A stretch of DNA of 64,000 nt, taken from positions 7,564,001 through 7,628,000 of the forward strand of contig JBHGNT010000017.1 in NCBI GenBank assembly GCA_043228905.1, in the 5' to 3' direction. Numbering within the stretch: position 1 is the stretch's first letter; every line of letters begins with the position of its first letter. Source of the stretch: Azolla caroliniana (Eukaryota; Plantae; Polypodiophyta). Positions 37,222 to 48,181 of this stretch are shown piece by piece. The position numbers and the translations under genes are program-made. The notes under the pieces were generated by a model, which was given only the letters and a program-made list of their open reading frames with translations, was not told the DNA's origin and did not search any database.

Positions 37222-37336
37222 GACCAACCTCTAAGCCCTGTAGGAACGGGCCATTTTTGTAATTCGTGTGGTTTTGTTAAATCCATGGTGAACCGTGGGT
37301 TCGACAGACAAAGTCCTGTCCCACGGGCGTGTCATG

Positions 37337-37825
37337 TGTTGTCCATAGGCCAAAAATAGAAATTAGTTAAATATAATACGCCGGAAGTAAGGCAAGTAGG
37401 TAAGGGAGAATTAGGTAAAATGCCGAGTTTCGAGCCTCACAGTCAGCCGACCGCTCGGCGCTGTATGAAGGAAAAGAAGTATATAAACCGAGGTCTGCGT
37501 ACCTCGGCAAGGGGGAGATATCTAGAGCCTAGGGAGGTCAATTCATAGTTATAAGAGCTTTGTAAGGCTACCGGCTGTGGGCCGTGTTCTTTTGTAATCA
37601 TCACTAACTATTGCAATAATACATATCTATAGCTCTTGTTGTTTTCATCTATGTGTTGTTGCTTTTAAGGTCTCAACTATGTATAGGACCCGGGCTCTAT
37701 TCCGGGTATGCTCTCCGTGTTCTCCCCCTAACGACACCTCCATGCACCAGTCTTCACGATTACACTTCCCTTGATACCGATAGCTTGTAGGCATATCGAA
37801 GGTGTTTCCGGTAGAACGCTTAACA
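37337..37825 (+). repeat. 3' LTR of element A
   Basis: Direct repeat of 27720-28208. Confidence 0.95.
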
Positions 37826-37905
37826 GGCCTTGTAGTAAATTGGATTACCAATGTTTTGGCCCTTACATAATCATTGGTAAGATAAGTGATGTTGCATTTC
37901 GTCTT

Positions 37906-37967
37906 GGCCTCCCTCCGCACATGCATCTTCATTAGGGGCCTCCCTTCGCACATGCATCTTCATTAGG
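37906..37967. repeat. 31-bp tandem duplication in the chromovirus integrase
   Basis: GGCCTCCCT(C/T)CGCACATGCATCTTCATTAGG x2. Confidence 0.9.
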
Positions 37968-38701
37968 TGTTTCATGTATCCCTTTTGGAACCTTATAATT
38001 GCAAGTTCAATTCCGGGCTGTCTTACGACACCCCCCCCCCCCCTGTTAAGTTCTTGGATGGACCCGAATTTGAGGTTGCTGCCATTCTTGATTCTAAAAT
38101 CGTGCGCAACAAGTTGTATTACTTGGTCGATTGGCTAAGCTATACCCCCAATGATCGAACTTGGCAATCTGCTGCAAATCTTTCCAATGCTACAGATATG
38201 GTCATTGCATTTCATCGCCAATATCCTCGTAAACCATGTCCTAATACATGAACCCTACGACCCGTGAGACATGTTGTCGAAGAAGGGGGATAGTGTCATG
38301 ATGACACTCACATTACGCCTCGAAAGGATTTGAACCCACGATCTTGTTGTACACATGTACAAATCCTTAACCAATGTATTAATATTCTTATATGTATAAT
38401 TTTTAGAATATATAATCTAATATCATAGGAATATTCTATACTCTACATTCTAGAATAACCTAGAATATTCTAGAGTGTTCTATACACTAGAACCTTCTAG
38501 GTTACTCTAAATTCTAGGATGACCTAGAATATTCTAGAGTGTTCTCTATTACTTATAAATAGGGATATATCAATCATCCCAAACCTAAATTGGTTCAATG
38601 CCATTTTGTAGCACTCTATTGCCTACTCCTTGTAATCCATTTTACTCTGCAACACAATATTTCCCTTTCTCTCTCCTTCTCTCTCTCTCTCTATCTTGAC
38701 A

Positions 38702-39620
38702 GTAACTGTGGAAGATGGTAATTTAGAGTCACGTAGGAAAATGATGGCCTTTCGGACAATCAGGAATAAGTTTCATATACCACGTGGATATGGGTATATT
38801 TGGCAATCAATATATGGCATTGCCTAGATTAGTTTTCCCGATTCCGGAGTTGATGGTCAAGGACCCATGGAAAGATTGGTCATTTGGTATTGGAAATCGA
38901 TTTATGTGGTGCACACTAATGATGTGTACCATAAGTTGGTTGAAGATAGAGCGTGGTTAGCAATAAGGTTTTGGATACATGGTACATTACTCGACATGTA
39001 AAGTGGTGGCGTAGAGTTTTAGATGCAGAGTGGTGGTCTCATCTTCCATTTTGTGCAAAGGTGTTTCTTTGGTGTGTCATAGTTGGTGGGTTGCCTTTGG
39101 CGATGACCTTAAAACGAAGACATATTTCGAATGGGACATGTTTTTTCTGTACAGTGGTTGAAGAACATGCCAAGCATAGGTTCATTACATGGTCGGTTGC
39201 TAAAGCCATTTGGGTGATTGTGTCACAAAATTGGGCATCGATAACAGGAAATATTTGGTCACCTTATAAATGGGTTTTTATGGATGAGGATAAAGCTATG
39301 TCCACACCATCATATAAGGTTGTTTTTTTTACTACCTTAGATATTGGGGGATGTGGTTTAATTGGAGCATGAGAAATGGGTTCTTGTTTGATGGACTTCA
39401 TGGTGGGGTAACACAACAACTTCGTAGGATGAAATGAAAGGGAAGTTGAATTGGCAATTATCACAACTATGTTTGTTGTATGGGGACGTTGTCCGAAGAG
39501 GAGATACAAACTTATATGTCATCTAGTTTTACAACACTTGAGAGGGTTACCGTTTGCACGATCACTATTTATATTGATGAAGTAGGGAAGATTAGCAAGG
39601 GTTGTACTATCATCTTGTTT
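38702..39620 (+). mobile_element. L1-type LINE ORF2 3' fragment (zf-RVT)
   Basis: WWSHLPFCAKVFLWCVIVGGLPLAMTLKRRHISNGTCFFCTVVEEHAKHRF..AKAIW is a zf-RVT domain. An A-rich tract follows. Confidence 0.8.
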
Positions 39621-39855
39621 TTAATAACAAACATTGAGAGTACGAAAAAAAAGGAAGAAAGATATGTATGTATATATTAACGTCTTCAACAAAGATTCGA
39701 GCTTTGGACCTATTGAACCCGAAAAAGGGATGGGCTCTAAATGAGTAGGCCAAGACAGAGGGAGAGAGAAGACACACAGAGACATTAAACAAACAAAAGA
39801 AGAGAAAAATAGGCACAGGAAGAAGAGAAACATTTGTTTGGTATGGATGGATGCA

Positions 39856-40122
39856 TAGTATGAACCATACGTACATTCGCATTCTCGAATGTTTCAATCA
39901 TTCTCGTAAGAAAAACATCATCAACGAATGATAAATATCATACTTTTGGATTAACTATTTATTATAAGATAAATAAGCCTAAAAATGAAAAAAAAAAAAA
40001 AACACTAAAAAAATTTGGAAAAAAACAAAAAAAACACAAGAATGTTTGAATAACATTCGCATGCGTTTGACAACGTTGGAAAAACGAATGTTATGCTAGA
40101 CGAACACGAATTTTACGTACTA
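39856..40122. mobile_element. MITE-like element; second copy inverted at 51362-51611
   Basis: Termini TAGTATG..CGTACTA; flanks TGGATGCA/TGGATGGA (8-bp TSD with 1 mismatch). Internal CATTCGCATTCTCGAATGTTTCAATCATTC matches the reverse complement of about 51563-51593. Confidence 0.6.
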
Positions 40123-40217
40123 TGGATGGATGGATGGATTGAATAAAAGGGGAGGAAAAAATAGAAAAATAGTTTACAAAATTTATTTATTTTATTAAAC
40201 TCTTGGCCCCCCAATTC

Positions 40218-40317
40218 TGCTTCTCTCTCTTCTCTCTTTCTCTCTCTTCTCTCTCTCTCTCTCTCTCTCTTCTCTTCTGTGTGTCTGTGTTTTGTTTCTC
40301 TCTTTCTTTCTCTCTCT
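40218..40317 (+). repeat. CT-rich microsatellite tract, probable promoter/5' UTR of the kinase gene
   Basis: (CT)n runs ~0.9 kb upstream of the ATG, typical of plant 5' UTRs. Confidence 0.6.
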
Positions 40318-41153
40318 GAGAAGAGCTATGGTTCCTGCAGCCTTTTTCTCTCTGACTGCACAGTAGTAGTAGTCCCCCCGCGTCTTCTCCTTCATCTTCG
40401 CACAGATCTGCAGAAGCCTTTATATATGTATGTATACATGGCCATGGCTTACTTCTTTATCTGCAGAAGCCTATATATATATACATGGACATGGTAAGCT
40501 CAAAGCTTTCCCTCTTAACCCTCTTCTAGACAAGACACCGCAAGAGAATTTGTGTGCCGATTAGTAAGGTCCAAGGGTCATCAATCATCATGCTATATGG
40601 GAATTGAAAGCTAGAAGCTTTTTTTGCCCTTACGCCACATAATGTATTTCTGCACACGAATCGCAAGGTTCTGGTTAAGGAAAGCACGGTCTTTGGAACA
40701 AATGACAAATTTCTAGGTTTCTCTCTATCTCTCTCTCTCTTTCTTTCTCTTCTTCTCCACTTTTTCTGTAGGCACCGCAAATTTTTATTATTATTGCAGG
40801 TTGAGGTTTCCGTGTCATTCAGGACGACATTGAAAGATTATTACGACCAGACAACATGGACATGGTAAGCAAAGAATGATTTCCATAATGTACGCAGCAG
40901 AAATAATACAGACTTTTTCCCAAGTGAAATTTATGGCCTTTAACTAGCCTTGGAAGTGAATCCCTATGGCTCTTTTCTGGCCTTGGAAATGAAGATTTTT
41001 TTGGCATTTCTTCCTCTCTCTCTCTCTCTCTCATTCCCCTTCATTCTTGCCATTGCAGAGAATTTATTGCGGATCAGGATGTCATATACGAAGATTTTCT
41101 ACACGGTTCTCTTGAAAACAAACCCTGATTAAGATTTTGGCTAACTTCAAGCT

Positions 41154-44100
41154 ATGGCTGACCCCGTGCAACTGATTCTTGATTTTCTGCAAAGATATCA
41201 GTTCTCACAAGCTGAAGAAGCTTTCAAGGCAGAGCTCATGGCACGAACAACAGGGGAAGAAGAAATGCACAGTTTATCTTTATTCTCAGAAAAGTCTCTT
41301 GATTCAGATTCACAGTCATGGCTTCCATTATCTCAGGGATCTAATCTTAACAGGGATGATTGGAGAATTTCTAGGAACGTTGAGGATAATCTTGCGACTA
41401 ATATAAGAAACCCTCCTGAGAAACAAGTATTTGTGACATATGAATCTGGTAAATCAGAACCTCAAGCGGAATTGAACACCTCCTCTCCGCAGCAGCAGTT
41501 TATTTTTGAAAACGTGAGAGCCTTTTCTAGTTCTGAAGCATTAGTCCCTCACACTGGAGCATCTGCTTCTACTAGTGATTCTCTTTATATAGTTGACCCA
41601 ATTAAACCTCAGGGATCCTTAGGAGGCATTTCAGCAGTTAAGCCATTGCCTGTAGAGAATAGGAGTTGTGAGATAACTATACAAGCAGCGGAATTGAACA
41701 CCTCCCCGAATCAGCAGTTTATTTTTGAAAACGTCAGAGCCTTTTCTAGTTCTGAAGCATTAGTCCCTCACACTGGAGCATCTGCTTCTACTAGAGATTC
41801 TCTTTATATAGTTGACCCAATTAAACCTCAGGGATCCTTAGGAGGCATTTCAGCTGTTAAGCCATCGCCTGTAGAGAATAGGAGTTGTGAGATAACTGAA
41901 CAAGCATCAGCATTTTTGAAGAGTGAAGTGATCCTTGTAAAGAAGCATTCCAAAAAGTCATTCGATAGTTTTGCATCGTCAGGAAGTCAATATCAAGGTC
42001 ATCATCTAAGCGATGAGACTGGGCACGAAGAGCTTGATATGTGCTTTGAGAAGACTGGGATGACTGAAAATGCGAGACAAAAGATCAAAGATAATAAATG
42101 GCAGCAGGATCAGTTGATTGCACAGAACGCAGCCAAGTTTTCCATGTCAAATCTACCTGCTAATGAGACGATAGAAGATACGAAGGCTATGGAGGAAAAT
42201 GATTTGGAGTTGAGAAATGGATTCATGGATGCCTCGTCCACCGAAGTATCCTCTGCTAAAGATTACACTTTATTGCCTTGTTCTCCTCTTCTGAGACTAT
42301 CTCAGGGTAACGAGCAACAGAAGGGAGTTATATCAGTAGCCACTTTTTATTCAGAACAGAAGCATACAATTCCACGTAATTCAAACCATGGAGAGGTTCA
42401 AAGCTTGGGACAAGTGGTTCGATCAGAAGAAGCAAGATCTCTACCGAATATCACAGGGAATGTTGTTCATGGATCAGAAGAGCTTCCTAGATTGCCTCCT
42501 GTTCGTCTTCACTCTATCGACAAGAACATGGACATTATGAAGGATCCTGGATCGGGTGCAGACAATGAGAACTCAACTAGAAGCTTTGCTTCAGAGTCTG
42601 CTGCGGGATGGGCCGATGCTCCTCCCTTAAGTCAGGACATGCTAATTTCTGGTATTTAGTATTTCATTACTTCAGTACCATGGTACTTAAACTATGTTTT
42701 AATTTTTAATCTTGTATTTTATGCATTTTATGTGGATTTGAGAAGAAGCTACATATTTAAGGGGGTGTTCCCACAGGAACTAGATTTTTGTTTCCACCTT
42801 CCTGGTTGATTATAAACATGTGATATTTAAAGTTCTATTATCTTTTTTTCTCGTTATTTTTATGCTGATTCATAACATCTGCCTATCTTAAATGGCCATC
42901 AGGCGGCTTGTTTATTCTGACCTCTTTGGGTTTGCAGGATTAAAGCGTCCAATGTTGAGACTGTCGGTTAGTCAAGGTATAGTGGAAGATGACATGTCAG
43001 AGCAACTTACTGGTTTTGCAACTGCACTTGATGCCCAGAGTGAAAGATGGTATCCTGATGATTATTGTGACTCAGACACTTGGGACGACGACGACGATCC
43101 TGGATACCATAGGCAGCCAATTGAAGATGAAGATTGGTTCCTTGCAAATGAAATTGATTACCCAAGTGATGTTGAGAGATCAAGACATCCTATGGACAAA
43201 AGTACGCTTCCAGATTCGAAGCAACTAAAAAGAGGTGAGGATGATGACGATGAACACGAAGGGGATTCTTACTTTTCTGGAGAAGAATATTACAGATCAC
43301 AAACAGTTCAGAAAGACGCTTATGATACACAGCGATCAGAGTTTAAGAATTGTGTCAATGACATCCAAGGTACAGATTCTGATATATATTCCAGAAACGC
43401 ACATAATGGGGCAGATTTAAGAAGTAATGATGACGGGAATAACGATGATGATCATGTATTTGGTTCCAAGGATCTAACCTTGATGGGATCACAGCTGGAT
43501 TGGAAAGGCTCCATGTATGAACCATATGACCTAGGACAAAACGATTCAGATTGGGGTAATAGCAAGGTAGGGCATGGTGGCATAGGTGGAGTCAATGATG
43601 ACAAAAATGAATCTGTGAAATCAGGAGGTGTTCAAGCAAGTAGTGATGTGGCAGATGTTGGTAGTAGTGAAGCTGATTCAGAAAGCTTCAGAGACCAAGA
43701 GCTCATTGTATATGGGTCATCACAAGAGAAATTTAATCCTGAAGGTTTCTATAACAGGGAGGAAAAGAGGCATGTACAGGTAAAAAATGCCCCTGTGCAG
43801 CACTTTGATGAGGATGAAGATGATCCTGACATGATTCTACGGTACTACAGTGAAGAATGGTGTCAATCTCAATCAAAAAGACCAGAGGAGGATGCAAGAA
43901 GCTCTATTAAACTATATTCAACTAATGTGCAATCAAAAGATAAGCAACTGTCCAGTGGTAAGAACAAATCAGTTCTAGATAATGGGGGTTTTGTGTTTGA
44001 AGGATTCTCTTTCCCTTCCCCCTCAAGGGCAGAATCTGGTGATATGGTTGCTTCAAGGGCAGAATCTGGAAAGTCTGTTTGGTCAAATAGAGAAACTAGA

Positions 44101-47100
44101 ATGCAATCAGAAGAAGAACCTGATGGTAGATTGGTGGGACCAGATAATACTCTTGCTGCATGGAAACGCAAGAGCAATGATTCCTCACCTATCATAGGCT
44201 CTTGTGAGGAAAATATTGTAAACCACTCATCAACCCATCGTCATTCCACAAATGAATATCAGAGCCTTGACGCAAGAGAGGATGGTGTTGAGGGTTTAGA
44301 TGAAGCGGATCAGTTGCAAGGGGTTCACCAGTCTTCTGGTCAAGATGAAGATGTTGGCCAGGAGGAGATGAGAACATTTGCTGCTGAAGAAGATCAATTT
44401 GAGACTTTTAATCTTAGAATCATACATCGGAAAAACAGGTGAGTCTATAATATTTTAAGGCTGTGAATCGTTCAGGTTTTTTTACAATGTAAGAATTAGG
44501 ATCAACCGGGAACGTTTTTATGATTTGATGATGGCATGTGATATCATTGTTAGGATTATCTGATTAACTTATGACTTAACCAATGATATTTTAAATTTTT
44601 TTTAGTACTTGATGCCAGAGATGTTTATTGGACAAGATTACGTAGGAAAACTTACTCGAAATCTCATTTCTTGTTCTCTCTGATTGGTTTCAAAGATAAA
44701 ACACAAGAGGATTCAGGATAAATGATTAGAGAAGAACTCTGGAAACACTGGAAAAGCTTATGGTTGCATATACATTCAATTTCTTAAAAGTTTAATGTCT
44801 GCTCCATGGACCAGTGAACTACGCTACGATCAATGGAGACCCATGAGCCTCTGCTCACATAGGACTCTTTGGCTCTTGTTGGATATACCTTGATCTCTGA
44901 CTATATTCTGACCCATTTCAAGCTTTTTTTCTAGTACCTTTACATTCATGTCTCTTTTAGTTTGTCAGCTTAAAGGTACTACGATCAGGCTATTTTTCTG
45001 ACACTGTATTAGGACTAAGCTAACATAGTTTATCATATGTGTGTGTGGCAAAAGTCAAAGACACCTGGACCTGACTGAATGTGATTTATGCATTATTATT
45101 TCAGTTATTTCTCTACTTGGAGAAAGAAAAATTAGCTTTCCTAATACTATCTTTCTGCATTTCCTGGAGAAGCTTATGGATGGATAATTCTGTGTAGGAC
45201 TGGTTTTGAGGAGGACAAAGAGTTCCCCGTGATGATAAATTCAGTTGTTGCTGGGCGTTACCATGTAACAGAATATCTGGGCTCTGCTGCATTTAGTAAA
45301 GCTATACAAGCACATGATCTGCATACTGGGATTGATGTGTGCATGAAGATAATTAAAAACAACAAAGACTTTTTTGATCAAAGTCTTGATGAAATCAAGC
45401 TACTCAAGTATATCAACAAGCACGATCCTGCAGACAAGTATCATATTTTAAGGCTGTACGATTATTTCTACCATAGGGTAATGATGGAATCAATTACGCT
45501 CAAAAGAATTAAGCAAGTTTTTACGTGTTGAAATCACCTAAAATGATAAAAGGTAATTGCATCTAATAACACTTGTTTTCTCTCGGTTTTTCTCTACACA
45601 GGAACATCTTTTTATTGTTTGTGAGCTCTTACGTGCCAACTTGTATGAGTTCCAGAAATTCAATAGGGAATCAGGAGGAGAAGTCTATTTCACAATGCCA
45701 CGGCTGCAGGTGAATGGTTCTTTTTTGTTAGCCTGTTTGTTCTAGAGAAAACATAAAAACTCAGTTTTATAATTTTTTGGTTTGTTCTCTTAAGAGACAT
45801 AAATATATATTTCATTCATTCTTTCTATTGGACATGCAGTCTATAACGATTCAATGTCTCGAAGCATTGGAGTTTTTGCACAAATTAGGGATCATCCATT
45901 GTGATCTGAAACCTGAGAATATATTGGTGAAGAGCTACAGTCGTTGTGAGATCAAAATTATCGACCTTGGCAGCAGTTGCTTCCAAACAGATCATTTATG
46001 CTCATATGTGCAATCACGATCGTATCGTGCGCCTGAAGTCATTCTGGGACATTCATATGATCAGAAAATAGACATATGGTCACTTGGTTGCATTTTGGCT
46101 GAATTATGCACAGGAAATGTAAGTACTTCTCCAGAGTTTATTTTAAATATGTCTATGCTGCTTGCTCAAATTTGGGAAAAACTCCCATCCACCCCTGCGA
46201 TATTCTTTATTCCCCCAAATGTACTGTTTTCATTATTCTGCCAAACACTCTAGTTAAACCTCTGAAAGAGGGACAGTGGGAAAGATTTGACCATATTATT
46301 TCTCAAGTAGCAAATATAATTCAGAGAAATGAAAGAAATGAAAGCTTGACCAAGGACATTTGAGGACGTAAAGAAAAAGTCAGGGGTAGGAGGTTTTCCT
46401 TTCAATTTTTTCATGAAGTCTATTTTCTCTGTGTTATTGAAGCATGTACAAAAACAAATTAGCATGATATGTAGAATATGTGTGCATTTCCTTAAAATAT
46501 TGAGTTTATCTTCTCAGTCTTTACTCACAAATCAATGTAACTTGCCAGATATATATTGTCCATGACATGATGGATACTGCAATAACTTAACTAAACATAT
46601 GCTTGATTGAAATCTTGTTTATTTCACTAAATTCTTCTTAAAAGCCAAAATTTATGGCATTTGATTACTATACAAATGACTCTCAATGTTGCACGAGTAA
46701 CTTGATTTATGTGCAACTAAAGTTAAGCCAAAAAAAATGCTTCTGCTGCCATGAATAATTTTTATTTATTTGTGCGTTCCATGTGTGGATTTCCTTAAAA
46801 TATTGAGTTTATCTTCTCAGTCTTTACTCACAAATCAATGTAACTTGCTAGATATATATAGTCCATGATGATGGATACTACAATAACTTAAATAAACATA
46901 TGCTTGATTGAAATCTTGTTTATTTCACTAAATTCTTCTAAAAAGCCAAAATTTCTGGCATTTGATTACTATACAAATGACTCTCAATGTTGCACGAGTA
47001 ACTTGATTTATGTGCAACTAAAGTTAAGCCAAAAAAATTGCTTCTGTTGCCATGAATAATTTTTATTTATTTGTGCGTTCCATTTTGTTTTCAAAATGAA

Positions 47101-48181
47101 TAAGGATGAAAAGACATATTTGGTAGTACGTAATGAATATAATAAATGGATATTATTTGATATATTCTGACAGGTTTTGTTTCAAAATGACTCCCTTGCA
47201 ACGTTATTGGCAAGAGTTGTGGGCATACTTGGACCCATTGATCCCGAGGTTCTTGCTAAAGGTCGTGACACCTATAAATATTTTACTAAAAACCATATGC
47301 TATATGAGCGAAATCAGGTATGCAATCTCTTGCCCATACTACCTGATATCTTCCTGCATTTAAATTTTTTCCTGTTTACTCGTGAATAAGAGGCAATACA
47401 TCACCCTCCTATTATTCTCTTTTTGGAGGCCATTGGGTCACATGATATTTTTAGACGGTGATATTAGCAAATGTTGATAACTTTGTGATAAGCTGTTAGG
47501 CTACCAACACAATGGATTAGGCTCAAAGACCGAGTTCCCCAGCTCTTTATTACAATATATATCTTCCCTAATTTTACCAGATTCCACTGGAAATGTAGGG
47601 ATTTTAACATGACCTGGTCTCATCTGGATAACCATATTAGCTGAGCTTCTCTTGCCAATTCATTTCAAGCTCTTTTATCTCCTTGTTTTCTAAAGGTTAA
47701 TTCAGCACTCCATTTTGGAAACTAGAGACATTATGCTTTGCACATGTAGTCCTATTCTATTATTGGTTTTGTACTTCAGGGGTTGGATATCTTTTTGGAT
47801 TTCTGTCTTTATTTTAGATATGTGACAGTATCACAAACAATTGAGTACCTGTTATTATTTCTCTGGTCACGATAATCAACTATGTAAAGGAAACTTATGA
47901 GTTTTCTTGTTATAATGGTGCAACTAGAGTTTAAATACTTTGTATCTGATGGATTGATGCCCATAAATGCTTTGGAAATGTTTAATAAACAGGAAACTGA
48001 TCAGTTGGAGTATCTGCTGCCAAAGAAAACGTCTTTGAGCCATAGGTTACCAATGGGGGATCAAGGCTTTATTGAATTCGTTGGTTACCTTCTCCAAAAT
48101 AATCCAGCCAAACGACCATCTGCATCAGAGGCATTGCAACATCCATGGCTCTCTTATCCCTATGAGCCCATATCCTCTTGA
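41154..48181 (+). CDS. Plant DYRK-family (DYRKP-type) Ser/Thr protein kinase, 7 coding exons, about 1332 aa
   Basis: Exons 41154-42651, 42938-44438, 45198-45477, 45602-45709, 45840-46118, 47174-47317, 47993-48181, all GT-AG and in frame (3999 nt). Motifs: LisH-like N-terminus ([21 protein letters not shown]), [51 protein letters not shown]-terminus [13 protein letters not shown]. Confidence 0.95.
41466..41906 (+). repeat. In-frame tandem duplication (222 + 219 bp) in kinase exon 1
   Basis: [66 protein letters not shown] x2. Confidence 0.95.
46478..47081. repeat. ~302-bp tandem duplication in kinase intron 5
   Basis: Units 46478-46780 and 46781-47081 differ by only a few substitutions and small indels. 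Confidence 0.95.

Larger units (their letters stand above)
27720..37825 (+). mobile_element. Full-length Ty3/gypsy element A (non-chromoviral, Athila/Tat-like) with extra 3' ORF; 5-bp TSD GGCCT
   Basis: 489-bp LTRs at 27720-28208 and 37337-37825 (about 23 substitutions by eye). TSD at 27715-27719 and 37826-37830. PBS TGGCATGCCCGGT at 28214-28226. Domain order gag-PR-RT-RH-INT. Confidence 0.95.
26922..38701 (+). mobile_element. 5'-truncated Tf1/Tcn1-like chromovirus (integrase, chromodomain, PPT, 3' LTR 38294-38701), split by element A
   Basis: [42 protein letters not shown] rejoins across the 27720-37825 insertion. Chromodomain FEVAAILDSKIVRNKLYYLVDW. PPT AGAAGGGGGATAG at 38281-38293; LTR TGTCATGA..TTGACA. 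Confidence 0.9.

Noticed and set aside
10420-39620. Left and right LINE fragments as two halves of one interrupted LINE
   Set aside because: They are on opposite strands and both contain the same zf-RVT region, so they are separate copies.
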